Shown: positions 11,502 to 20,900 of the stretch, in pieces
Numbering within the stretch: the first letter of the stretch is position 1
How the letters are laid out: each line of letters begins with the position of its first letter
Assembly (NCBI GenBank): GCA_023444045.1
Contig: JAEZRQ010000006.1
Span: 113,786-177,785, forward strand
Reading direction: 5' to 3'
Length of the DNA: 64,000 bases
Origin: Candidatus Parcubacteria bacterium
Lineage (GTDB): Bacteria; Patescibacteriota; Patescibacteriia; Patescibacteriales; UBA12465
Notes under the pieces: model-generated
What the model was told of the DNA's origin: nothing
What the model saw: only the letters and a program-made list of their open reading frames with translations
Database searches by the model: none
Translations under genes and position numbers: made by a program

Positions 11502-12368
11502 ATGTTTAAAGGTTTAAAATATTGTGCATTAGCTTTAATATTACTGGTAGTAATTATCTTTTTTGTGATTAAGTCGGCTCTTAGTGATAATAGCACCTCA
11601 TCTTTACTGGATAGGGTTTTAAAACGAGAACCAAAACCCAGTCCGATTGTCTACAAGGAAGAGAAGACAATCAAAATTGTTGAAGGGTGGCGTAATGGAG
11701 AAATTATTAAGTTACTTGAAGAAAATAGTTTAAGTTCCAAGGAAGATTTTATTCAGGCTCAAAAAGATTATGACTTAAGTAAATTTTCTTTTCTAGCTGA
11801 TAAACCAAAGGGATTTGATTTAGAAGGTTATTTATATCCTGATACTTATCGCGTATTTGCTTCAACCACGGCAACGGAAATTATTGACCGGATGTTGTCT
11901 AATTTAGATAAAAAATTAACTCCTAAGATGAGAGAGGATATTAAGGCTCAAGGAAAAACTATTTTTCAGATTTTAACGATGGCGTCTTTAATTGAAAAAG
12001 AGGCGCCAATTTCTTACTCTAAGGGTGACAATCATGATGCGAAAATTATTGCTGGTATTTTTTGGAATCGGATTAAATCCGGCCAGGCATTACAGTCTTG
12101 CGCTACTTTGGCTTATATTCTGGGAGTCAATAAAGCGCAGTATACCGAGGCGGATACTAAAATAAAATCTCCATACAACACTTATCAAAATCCAGGTTTG
12201 CCACCGGGGCCAATTTCTAATCCTGGTATTTTAGCTATTGAGGCGGCTATTTACCCAATCGCAACTAATTATAATTATTTTTTAACGCCCTCTGGTAGTA
12301 AAGATATAGTTTATGCGAGTACTTATGCAGAGCATTTAAGAAACAAAAACAAATATCTTGTTGATTAA
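11502..12368 (+). CDS. mltG: Endolytic murein transglycosylase MltG (YceG-like)
   Basis: N-terminal TM anchor plus YceG motifs (EGYLYPDTY, ASLIEKEA, SPYNTYQNPGLPPGPISNPG). Confidence 0.9.
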   Translation: MFKGLKYCALALILLVVIIFFVIKSALSDNSTSSLLDRVLKREPKPSPIVYKEEKTIKIVEGWRNGEIIKLLEENSLSSKEDFIQAQKDYDLSKFSFLADKPKGFDLEGYLYPDTYRVFASTTATEIIDRMLSNLDKKLTPKMREDIKAQGKTIFQILTMASLIEKEAPISYSKGDNHDAKIIAGIFWNRIKSGQALQSCATLAYILGVNKAQYTEADTKIKSPYNTYQNPGLPPGPISNPGILAIEAAIYPIATNYNYFLTPSGSKDIVYASTYAEHLRNKNKYLVD

Positions 12369-12371
12369 TCT

Positions 12372-14693
12372 ATGTTTCAAGAGGAAGAAAAATCAGCGAC
12401 AATTAATAAACCACAAGGAAGTGTGTTGTCTGGTTTTGTCTCTCAAAATAAACTAGTAGTTTTTATCGCTGCTGGGCTGTTTGTTCTTATTGGGGCCGCG
12501 GTCTTGTTTTTTTCTTTTTATTTAAAGTCACAAGCTAATCCACCATCTAGCGCTGTTGAGCCAGAAATTATAGAGACCGCCACTAATACCCCTCAATCAT
12601 TTTTACCTAGTGAAGATGAAAATAATACTAACAACATTGAAGAAAAGATTATCTTCTCTGATTTAGAAAAATATAATTTTAGTGATTTCTATTTAGAACC
12701 ATTGAGCACTCCCGACTTTGATTTTAAAGATTACGCTTTGCCGCTTAACACTAAAATTGATGTCTTAAACTATTATGATTTATCAAGAAAAATTAATTTG
12801 GATGATTCTTTAAATGACTTAAATGATAACGGTTTTGCTGTTTTATCTCTACCAGATAAGAGCATTAATGATTTTTATAGCACTTATCATTGGCTAAATG
12901 AGAAAGAAGTTCCTTTGCTTATTACCTCTGATTTTTTGGTCCATTATCATCAAAATAATATCAAAAAGATCTTTAAAGATATTGAAGAAGGGCTATTCTA
13001 TGATAACCTGCATTATATCTGCCAAAAGCTTTATGAAAGTTCAAGAATTAGATATGAGAATCGTTTAGCTAAAATTGGTAATATTAATGATCAAATACTG
13101 GAAGGTGAGCGTTTAGCGATGGCTTATTTTGCGGTGGCCTTAAAGTTACTGGAGCCAGAAGTGCAACAAATAGATAGCACGGGTAAGGATAGTGCTAAGT
13201 TTTCCAAGCAGGAAGCTGATAATTTATACTTTAATATTTTGCCATATCTTCAGGGTGATACCGGAGAAGAAATAAAACTTATCAAGTCAGCTCAGGGCAT
13301 TAAAAAATCACCGGTGCTTCTTTATCAAAAAAATTATGCAGATTTTGTTGTTCCAACTGAGTATCGTCGTACTGAAAAGTTATATAATTTTTATTTAGCT
13401 AGTACTTGGCTTAACTCCATTTTTCCTCTGGTGACTAAAGATAGTAATTGCCCGGATTGTCTTTTAGATAAAGAAGATGCTCGGCTGAGTTTAATCGCGA
13501 CGAGCTTAATTACTCAGGATTTTACTGCCAATCAAGATTTAAAAAATCGCTGGGCCTTAATCTATAAATTAATCTCTTACTCTAAGGGCTTAAGAGATGG
13601 TTTAACTTATTTACAGTATAATACAGCTATTACAGAATTATTCGGCGAGCAACCTGATTTGGAAAATATTTTTTCTGGAGACAATGAGGAGGCTGACAAA
13701 AACTTAGAAAAGCTGAGAAATAAACTATTATCTTTTTCCTTTAATAAAATTCAGGGCGGACTGGATGTAAAAAATAATAAAACTAAAATAGGCTTTAAAC
13801 TTTTATCAGACTATTATTTACCTAATGATTATATATTTAATCGTCTATCTGGAGACTCTGTTGGTGATTATCTCGGCGATAAAATTGAGCCTTCTAATAT
13901 AACTGTCTGCCAGGATGGTAAAAAGAAGTGTAATGGTTTTAGTTTAGATATTGTTGGTTTAGTGGCAGACAGGATAGAGTCATCACCAATGTGGCAGAGT
14001 AATACTAATTTTTCTAATTATCTCAATACCTTTTTATCTCTTCAGGCAGAATTAAAATCATCGACGATTTGGCAAACTAATAATTTTTGGTCTACTTTAG
14101 GGGTTATTGATGATATTTTTGAGAATAATAATGAGCAAATGCAGATTTATCACAAAAGCGAACCCTGGTCACAAAGGCTGATTAATTCAGCTGTCTCTGC
14201 TTGGATTGATTTGCAGTTGCCACTTGAGCAATTATCTTTGTCAGGAACTAATAACCAAAAAACTGGTTTAAGTAGCGGAGTTGCCTTTAATGAAAATTTT
14301 TATATTGAACCAAACTATAACTTAACGCAGAAACTTATTGCGGACAATGAGATGATTCTTGGCATGTTAGATACTTTAGGGGTAACAGAGCACTTAACCT
14401 CAGTTTCTTTAGCGTTAAAAGATGAAAACGCTAAATTAAAGCAGGTTGTAGAAATTATAAGAAAAGAGATTAACGGCGAATCCCTTAGCTTAGAGGATAA
14501 CAATTTTATTGGTTCTTTGGCTGGTCAGTATCAGATATCACAAAAACCAAATAATCAGCTTTATTTAAAAACAGGTGGAGCCAATCTATATGAAGCCTTA
14601 GAGGTTAAGTTAATGGCTTTGGTTTATGAAAATAATGAAGGTAAATTCTTGGTTGTCGGACCTATTTTTTTCTATCAAGAAAAACGTCAGTAA
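12372..14693 (+). CDS. Large N-terminally anchored extracytoplasmic protein, function unknown
   Basis: 773 aa with a single N-terminal TM helix (LVVFIAAGLFVLIGAAVLFFSFYL). No catalytic motif recognised by eye. Confidence 0.7.
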   Translation: MFQEEEKSATINKPQGSVLSGFVSQNKLVVFIAAGLFVLIGAAVLFFSFYLKSQANPPSSAVEPEIIETATNTPQSFLPSEDENNTNNIEEKIIFSDLEKYNFSDFYLEPLSTPDFDFKDYALPLNTKIDVLNYYDLSRKINLDDSLNDLNDNGFAVLSLPDKSINDFYSTYHWLNEKEVPLLITSDFLVHYHQNNIKKIFKDIEEGLFYDNLHYICQKLYESSRIRYENRLAKIGNINDQILEGERLAMAYFAVALKLLEPEVQQIDSTGKDSAKFSKQEADNLYFNILPYLQGDTGEEIKLIKSAQGIKKSPVLLYQKNYADFVVPTEYRRTEKLYNFYLASTWLNSIFPLVTKDSNCPDCLLDKEDARLSLIATSLITQDFTANQDLKNRWALIYKLISYSKGLRDGLTYLQYNTAITELFGEQPDLENIFSGDNEEADKNLEKLRNKLLSFSFNKIQGGLDVKNNKTKIGFKLLSDYYLPNDYIFNRLSGDSVGDYLGDKIEPSNITVCQDGKKKCNGFSLDIVGLVADRIESSPMWQSNTNFSNYLNTFLSLQAELKSSTIWQTNNFWSTLGVIDDIFENNNEQMQIYHKSEPWSQRLINSAVSAWIDLQLPLEQLSLSGTNNQKTGLSSGVAFNENFYIEPNYNLTQKLIADNEMILGMLDTLGVTEHLTSVSLALKDENAKLKQVVEIIRKEINGESLSLEDNNFIGSLAGQYQISQKPNNQLYLKTGGANLYEALEVKLMALVYENNEGKFLVVGPIFFYQEKRQ

Positions 14694-16606
14694 CTGTATT
14701 TAAAAATGTAAATATTGTTGTCACTTGTTTTGAAGTAATCATCGGCACTTAGTTTCGCAGCAGCAATGATTCTATCACTAAGCCACCAGTATTTATTTAC
14801 CACTAAATAAGATTCCTTAACACCGACTAAATCCATTGCTTCTCTCATTATTTCTTTTTTAGGCTCTTCGTTGACCATCTTTAAGTAATACGAATAGAGT
14901 TTACCCCCGGTTGGTATTGGGTAAAAAAATATTTTTTCTTCGGGGGTTTCAAAATATTTACTAAAACCAAATTCTTTTAATGAAGCAACACTTGTTTGCT
15001 GATTGGCGAGGACAATATACGGCTCCTCGTTTTTTGTGTTAATTTGTCTAACTGCCTCAATATCTGACGCCGAGACACTATAGCCTTTAGAATTATGATA
15101 AGCATCTAAGCGAGGATAAGATAAGTACAATGAGGAATTTATTAATACAACTACTAAAAATAATCCCCCAAAAATTTCCACTCTTGTTTTTTTAAATACT
15201 TTTAAAACCAGATAATCAAAGCTCAAAAGTAATGCTGGGAGAGAAAATAATGCAATAATAATTGGTAGTCGCGAAACATAGGCCTCTCTTTCATAATCAA
15301 TTAGGAAGGAGAATTCTAAAGAAGCGCTTAAGATTAAGCCTACAATCAAGGCACTGATAATCTTTATAAAATTAGATAAACTTTCTTTATTCCTCTTAAA
15401 CCAGATAATAAAACCAATAATACTTAAAACAATAAAAATTGGTAACCATAAATTATTAAACAGATATGGTAAATTTAAGAAAACATCGGCAATATTGTCT
15501 CCAACGCTGCTATCTTTAAAAAGCTTTAGTAAATTTTTGAGATCAAAAGTAAGGTCTTTAAATGATCCGCCGCCAACATAGATAAAAGCCAGTGGTAGAG
15601 CCAGAGCGCTTATTAGCCAAAAAACAATATTTATCACTCTATAGAACAATAGATTAACACTACTCTTTATTTTTTTAACATAGGGCCAGGCGACAAAAAA
15701 CATAGCTGGTAGTCCGCTTAGTGGGTGAATTGCTAAGGTCGCTAAAGCAAAGATAAAGGGCATTATTATTGGGGCGCCATTTAGAGAATAAAAGATTGTT
15801 AGCAGCAACCAAATATAAGTTAAATTTTGTGGAGTGCTTAAAATAAAAAGATTAAATGGCAGTGCCAGGGCGATTAGAGTAATAATTAAGTATTTTTGGG
15901 ATATTCCTCTATTTTTTAAAAATAAGAATAGGGCTTTGGGCAGAAAGATCGCTGCTAGGACCGGCACCAAAAATTTATTTAACCAATAAATTGGCAGAGC
16001 AGTAAGCTTATGGATGATAACAATTAAAGAATACTCTCCAAGGTAATAAAAAGTTTTTGGTGTCACTACCCCCTGAGAATCAATTAACTCCATGGTTGCT
16101 CCGTGGATGAAAGGATCAAAGCCATAACCAATTTTGTAGATAATGGCGGCGACTGAGAAGGAAAGCAAATAGTGAAGCTTAAGAAAAAGTAGTGTCTTTT
16201 TATTTAAGGACCATTCTATAATAAAAAAGAGAATAGTTGTGGCTGCAAAATAAAGAAAGAAAAATATTTTTGGTACTTTCTGCCAAGGGGAAATAAGTGC
16301 TTCGTCGCTAGCATTTTTAATTAACAAGAAGAGAAGTACTAGAATTATAAATAGATATAAACCTTTTAATATAAAAATTAACTTCTTATTTTTGCTCGGT
16401 AATTCCTGAGCACTAACTATTTCTGCGGTTTTATTTTGTTTTATGCTTCTGTAAATAAAAAAAGCCGTCACCAAGCTAAGCGCTAGACTTAATATAATTC
16501 CTGGCCAGTTAAGAGCATAAATAAAATAAACACCCGATCCGAAGATCATGATTAAGCTCAGAAAAATTAAAGTTTTTTCTTCTAATTTTAGCCTTATTTT
16601 ACTCAT
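14687..16606 (-). CDS. Polytopic membrane protein (12 or more predicted TM helices) with C-terminal soluble domain, function unknown
   Basis: 639 aa, very hydrophobic over about 480 aa followed by a globular tail. Convergent 7-nt overlap with the upstream gene. Confidence 0.75.
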   Translation of the reverse strand: MSKIRLKLEEKTLIFLSLIMIFGSGVYFIYALNWPGIILSLALSLVTAFFIYRSIKQNKTAEIVSAQELPSKNKKLIFILKGLYLFIILVLLFLLIKNASDEALISPWQKVPKIFFFLYFAATTILFFIIEWSLNKKTLLFLKLHYLLSFSVAAIIYKIGYGFDPFIHGATMELIDSQGVVTPKTFYYLGEYSLIVIIHKLTALPIYWLNKFLVPVLAAIFLPKALFLFLKNRGISQKYLIITLIALALPFNLFILSTPQNLTYIWLLLTIFYSLNGAPIIMPFIFALATLAIHPLSGLPAMFFVAWPYVKKIKSSVNLLFYRVINIVFWLISALALPLAFIYVGGGSFKDLTFDLKNLLKLFKDSSVGDNIADVFLNLPYLFNNLWLPIFIVLSIIGFIIWFKRNKESLSNFIKIISALIVGLILSASLEFSFLIDYEREAYVSRLPIIIALFSLPALLLSFDYLVLKVFKKTRVEIFGGLFLVVVLINSSLYLSYPRLDAYHNSKGYSVSASDIEAVRQINTKNEEPYIVLANQQTSVASLKEFGFSKYFETPEEKIFFYPIPTGGKLYSYYLKMVNEEPKKEIMREAMDLVGVKESYLVVNKYWWLSDRIIAAAKLSADDYFKTSDNNIYIFKYSY

Positions 16607-16696
16607 TTGTGGTATTTGCGTTAAATAGTCCGAAGGACTTACTCTAAATATAGCAAATTCTTGCTAAAAATGGTATTTTTCTATACTATTATTACT

Positions 16697-18469
16697 ATGA
16701 AAGAACTAAAAATCAAGTTTAATTTTGGTGTTTTGGCAGTTATTTTTATTGCTCTGTCTTTTTTTGTGGCGACCTCCAGCTATAACTTCATTACCCAGAA
16801 AGATGGTTTGATTAAATGGAATTCGCCTGATGAAACCGCTAATTATTATTTTGCCAACAGTTATGCTAGGGGAGATGACTTGATTAAATTTGATCATGCC
16901 AGCGCGGTGGCTAGCGATTTAGTTATTCCTAGAAGTCTTAGAAGTGATCACGGCTGGCTTAAACCGGTTAGTTTTTTAGGTATAATTTTAATTTATGGCA
17001 AGATTGGCGCCTTAACGTCCCCATTAGTAATTCCTTATTTAACACCATTTTTTGGGGCACTAGGCATTATCTTTTTCTATTTTTTAATTAGACGCTTATT
17101 TAGTCCCAGAATTGCTCTTATTTCCGCGGCTTTGTTAGCTGTTTTCCCAGTTTATTTATATTATTCCATCAGAAGCATGTTTCATAACGTGCTCTTTTTA
17201 GTTCTCCTGATTATTGCTTTTTATTTTATTGTAAGAGCACTTGATAAAAAGTATTTACACCAGGTAAAACTCAAAATTTTTAGTTTTAGTTTACCAAAAA
17301 ATGTCCTAAGCGGTTGGTTCTTTATATTTATTGGTGGTTTTTTTATTGGTTTAGCGATTATTACCAGATCATCAGAGTTGTTGTGGCTTCTACCGGTGCT
17401 AGCTATTTTAATTTTATGTTATGCTAAACGACTTGGTTCTTTGCGTATATTACTGTTTTTATCAGGCATTGGTTTAGGTTTATTGCCAGCTCTTTACTAC
17501 AACCAGATTCTTTATCAATCTCCTTTTTATGGTGGTTATGGAGAAATGAATCGCACCCTAACTGATATTTCTTTAGCTGGTTCGGAGATGATAAAAAGTA
17601 CCTTTGGTTCACAGATTGCCAGTTATGGAGAATCTATTAATAAGATTTTTAAAAATATTTTCTTCTTCGGCTTTCACCCAGGACAGTCAAAAGAAATGTT
17701 TGGCCACTATGTTGTGAAGATGTTTCCTTGGTTAACTTATCTTGCGGGAGTCGGTGTTCTTGGTCTGATAATTTTAAATATTACCAAACCAAAAAAGAAA
17801 TATTTTGTCTATCTTTTAATTTGGGTAGTTTTATCAGTTATTTTAGTTTTATATTATGGCTCCTGGCGTTTTACCGACAATCCCAATGCTGGTAGTCATA
17901 CTATTGGCAATTCCTATACCCGGTATTGGCTGCCAATGTATTTAATGGCACTACCTTTAGTAGCGCTAGCAATTGAATTATTCTTAAAGCTATTATTCTT
18001 TTTATTTAGAAAAACTAGCGCTTATAGAGCCTTAATTAGCGGCGGCGCAACCGTAATCGTCTTTTTAATATCTCTTTATTCTTTTAATTTCTTACTATTC
18101 GGTTCAGAAGAAGGGATTTTTAACCTCTATTATAATACCCAAGAGGATAAAAGACTGGGTAGGGTAGTTTTAGAAAATACGCCACCGGAAGCAGTTGTTA
18201 TGACGCAGTACCATGATAAAGTCTTATTTCCTGAAAGAAGGATTATTATGGGTCGTTTGGAAGAAGAGCAGTATTACCCTTATCTTGGTAGAATATTAGA
18301 TTATTATCCGGTCTACTACTTTAATTTTAAATACGATCAGGCTACAGTTGATTATTTAAATAATGGTAGGTTAGCTAAGAGTGGCTTGAAAATGGAGTTA
18401 GTTAAAAAGGTTAGTGGACAATTTTCATTATATAAAATTTCTAAGATTGAAAATAAAGATGAAAAGTAA
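16697..18469 (+). CDS. GT-C-like polytopic membrane glycosyltransferase (ArnT/PMT-like)
   Basis: Many TM helices with an early extracytoplasmic loop containing an acidic motif (NSPDETANYYFANSYARGDD), followed by a C-terminal soluble domain. ATG 16697 preferred to TTG 16661. Confidence 0.65.
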   Translation: MKELKIKFNFGVLAVIFIALSFFVATSSYNFITQKDGLIKWNSPDETANYYFANSYARGDDLIKFDHASAVASDLVIPRSLRSDHGWLKPVSFLGIILIYGKIGALTSPLVIPYLTPFFGALGIIFFYFLIRRLFSPRIALISAALLAVFPVYLYYSIRSMFHNVLFLVLLIIAFYFIVRALDKKYLHQVKLKIFSFSLPKNVLSGWFFIFIGGFFIGLAIITRSSELLWLLPVLAILILCYAKRLGSLRILLFLSGIGLGLLPALYYNQILYQSPFYGGYGEMNRTLTDISLAGSEMIKSTFGSQIASYGESINKIFKNIFFFGFHPGQSKEMFGHYVVKMFPWLTYLAGVGVLGLIILNITKPKKKYFVYLLIWVVLSVILVLYYGSWRFTDNPNAGSHTIGNSYTRYWLPMYLMALPLVALAIELFLKLLFFLFRKTSAYRALISGGATVIVFLISLYSFNFLLFGSEEGIFNLYYNTQEDKRLGRVVLENTPPEAVVMTQYHDKVLFPERRIIMGRLEEEQYYPYLGRILDYYPVYYFNFKYDQATVDYLNNGRLAKSGLKMELVKKVSGQFSLYKISKIENKDEK

Positions 18470-19775
18470 AAAATATTATCATTTAATTACTATTGGTTGT
18501 GCCATGAATAAATCAGATAGCGAGCGGGTTGCTAATTTTTTAGAAGGAGAAGGGTATGAAGAAAAGAAAGATTGGCTAGGAGTGCAGTTAGTAATTTTAA
18601 CTACTTGCGGCATTAGGCAATCAGCCGAAGATCGGGTTTATGGTTTAGTGAACCAAATTAGGAAAGTTAATAAAAAAGCAGCTGTTGTAATTACTGGTTG
18701 TTTGGCTAAAAGGAAAGATGTAATGCGTCGTTTAATTGGTCAGGTTGATTTGTTTATGCCAATTAATGAACTGCCTAATCTTTTTACTCTTTTATCTCAA
18801 GCTAGACCTGAGAAAGTTTTAAGTCTAGAGAAGTTAAGGGAACTGGGCGGTGAAAAATATTTAGCAATTACCCCAAAATATGAGAGCAGTTATATTGCCT
18901 ACGTTCCGATTGGTAATGGTTGTAATAATTTTTGCTCCTATTGTGTAGTGCCTTATGCAAGAGGCAGGGAAGTATATCGCCCCGCTAAAGAAATAGTTGC
19001 TGAAGTTAAGTCACTAGCCGCTAAGGGGTATAAAGAAATAGTTTTAATTGCTCAAAACGTTAATAGTTATCAGAGTGATAAGTATAATTTTCCTAAACTA
19101 TTACTTAAGTTAAGTAAAATTACTGGTAATTTTTGGATCCGTTTTTCTTCTAGTCACCCTAAAGATCTTAGTGATGAGTTAATTAAAGTAATTAGCACAT
19201 CTAATAAAATTGCTAATCATCTCCACTTAGCTGTTCAGTCAGGCGATGATAAAATACTGGCCGCCATGAATCGTAAGTATAGCGTCGCTCATTATCGGGA
19301 CTTAATTACTAAAATGAGAGAAGCCAGGCCAAAAATTGCTATTACCACTGATGTGATTGTTGGTTTTCCGGGAGAAACTAAGAAGCAGTTTGCCGGATCG
19401 GTAAAACTTTTTAAAGATTTAAAATTTGAAATGGCTTATATCTCTCAATATAGTCCGCGGCCAGGAACCGTTTCTTGGAATATGAAAGATAATGTTAGTA
19501 GAGAAGAGAAAAAGAGAAGAGAAAAGGTTTTAAACGAAATCATGAGTCAAACATCACTTGAAGCTCATCAAAAATTAATTGGACAAACGATGACAGTCTT
19601 AGTTGATGGTGTTAATGCGAGAGGAAAATTCTATGGCAAAACGTCTGAATCAAAAATGATTTTATTTGTTGATCCTCAAAAAAGAAAAGATTTAAAAATA
19701 ATTGGTGAATTTGTGCTAGTTAAAATAAAAAAAGCCATGACTTTTGGCTTAGAAGGGGAATTAGTTTTGGGGTAA
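18459..19775 (+). CDS. miaB: tRNA-2-methylthio-N6-dimethylallyladenosine synthase (radical SAM methylthiotransferase)
   Basis: UPF0004 N-domain (TIGCAMNKSDSE), radical SAM CxxxCxxC (CNNFCSYCVVP), C-terminal TRAM-like region. ATG 18459 overlaps the previous stop (ATGAAAAGTAA). Confidence 0.92.
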   Translation: MKSKKYYHLITIGCAMNKSDSERVANFLEGEGYEEKKDWLGVQLVILTTCGIRQSAEDRVYGLVNQIRKVNKKAAVVITGCLAKRKDVMRRLIGQVDLFMPINELPNLFTLLSQARPEKVLSLEKLRELGGEKYLAITPKYESSYIAYVPIGNGCNNFCSYCVVPYARGREVYRPAKEIVAEVKSLAAKGYKEIVLIAQNVNSYQSDKYNFPKLLLKLSKITGNFWIRFSSSHPKDLSDELIKVISTSNKIANHLHLAVQSGDDKILAAMNRKYSVAHYRDLITKMREARPKIAITTDVIVGFPGETKKQFAGSVKLFKDLKFEMAYISQYSPRPGTVSWNMKDNVSREEKKRREKVLNEIMSQTSLEAHQKLIGQTMTVLVDGVNARGKFYGKTSESKMILFVDPQKRKDLKIIGEFVLVKIKKAMTFGLEGELVLG

Positions 19776-19930
19776 GAAAAAGGAGAGGATGCGTATACGA
19801 CTTATAACCCCTCCTACTACTAACCATTATGGCTAGTTCAAGTTGTTTGATTGTCACGGCGCCCAAGTTAGGGTCGTTTGTGTAGAACAGCTTCTTCTAC
19901 ACTGTGACTATGCTGTCATCAAACAACGGC
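19774..19930 (-). ncRNA. Unclassified structured small RNA (about 155 nt)
   Basis: Minus-strand consensus promoter upstream. Multi-helix fold: 10-bp GUUGUUUGAU/AUCAAACAAC; GUCAC/GUGAC; 8-bp GUGUAGAA/UUCUACAC; CUAGCC/GGUUAG. Terminal hairpin AGGAGGGG/CCUCUCCU followed by UUUUUCUU. G-U pairs exist only in the minus-strand reading. Region is visibly GC-richer than its flanks. Confidence 0.55.
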
Positions 19931-19936
19931 ATGAAT

Positions 19937-19965
19937 ATATTAGCATTATTTTTTGTATATGTCAA
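19937..19965 (-). promoter_or_regulatory. Consensus promoter driving the small RNA
   Basis: On the minus strand: TTGACA (19965-19960), 17-nt spacer ending in TGc, TAATAT (19942-19937). The -35 box overlaps the miaA ATG on the other strand. Confidence 0.55.
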
Positions 19966-20882
19966 TAGAAGTTATCCACAATCAAAAAGTACTAGTTATC
20001 TTGGGCCCCACCGCCTCAGGAAAGACTTCTTTAGCTGTAAAATTAGCTAAAAAGTATCATGGTGAGATTATTTCGGCGGATAGCCGTCAGGTTTATCGCG
20101 GTCTTGATATTGGCACTGGTAAAGATTTAGGCGAATACGGCCAAGTTCCATATCACTTAATTGATGTGGCTAGTCCAATGGAAGAGTTTAATCTAGCTAA
20201 GTATCAGAAACTAGCTTTGAAGGCGATTAAGGATATTATCTCTCGGGGTAAGTTGCCAATTATTACTGGCGGCACTGGTTTGTATTTACAGGCCATTGTT
20301 GATGGTTATCGTCTGACCCCTTACACCCCTAATCCAAAACGTCGGGCTGAACTTGAAAAACTGTCACCTGTAAAACTATATTCCTTATTATCTAAGGAGA
20401 AACCAGAGTTTGCCGCTAATTTAAATAATAGCGACAAGAATAATCCCAGACGTTTAATTCGTTACATTGAGATTATGGAGTCAGGCGAGAAGAAAAAGCC
20501 GACTAAGAAAAAAATGCCTTACGATTTTCTCTTACTTGGTTTAGAGCAGGATGACGAAGAGATGAGAAAAAGAATTATAAAAAGAATTAAGGACCGCTTA
20601 GATAATGAAGATATGTTGGGAGAAGTGGAGCGTTTAATTGACGCCGGTGTCTCTGTTTCTTGGCTTAATTCTCTCGGTCTAGAATATCGCCATCTGACTT
20701 GGTATCTACAAGATAAATTAAATTATGAAGAAATGCTTGAGCGCTTAGGTGCCGCCACCTATCGTTTTGCTAAGCGTCAAAAAACTTGGTTTAAAAGATG
20801 GCAGAAGCAGGGACGAGAGATTAGTTGGATTAGCAATTTTAGTGAAGCTAATTATAAAATAAAAGCTTGGTTAAAAAAATGA
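19959..20882 (+). CDS. miaA: tRNA dimethylallyltransferase
   Basis: P-loop GPTASGKTS, ISADSRQVYRGLDIGTGK, RYAKRQKTWF-like C-terminus (RFAKRQKTWFKRW). Confidence 0.93.
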   Translation: MSIEVIHNQKVLVILGPTASGKTSLAVKLAKKYHGEIISADSRQVYRGLDIGTGKDLGEYGQVPYHLIDVASPMEEFNLAKYQKLALKAIKDIISRGKLPIITGGTGLYLQAIVDGYRLTPYTPNPKRRAELEKLSPVKLYSLLSKEKPEFAANLNNSDKNNPRRLIRYIEIMESGEKKKPTKKKMPYDFLLLGLEQDDEEMRKRIIKRIKDRLDNEDMLGEVERLIDAGVSVSWLNSLGLEYRHLTWYLQDKLNYEEMLERLGAATYRFAKRQKTWFKRWQKQGREISWISNFSEANYKIKAWLKK

Positions 20883-20900
20883 GCCATTTAGGCCCATTTT

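Noticed and set aside
19774-19930. Identification of the intergenic RNA as SRP (4.5S) RNA, 6S RNA, tmRNA or RNase P RNA.
   Set aside because: There is no GNAR-tetraloop helix with the conserved AGCA / GGAA-type domain-IV loops. It is far too short for RNase P or tmRNA and has no tRNA-like end. The fold is multi-branched rather than the 6S rod with a central bubble. It is left unclassified rather than named.
19972-19980. Perfect DnaA box TTATCCACA inside the start of miaA, and an 8/9 box TTATCCACT at 37083-37091 upstream of dnaB. Considered as a possible oriC.
   Set aside because: These are single isolated boxes with no cluster, no adjacent AT-rich unwinding element and no dnaA or dnaN nearby. 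About one perfect 9-mer of this composition is expected by chance in 64 kb of AT-rich DNA on both strands.
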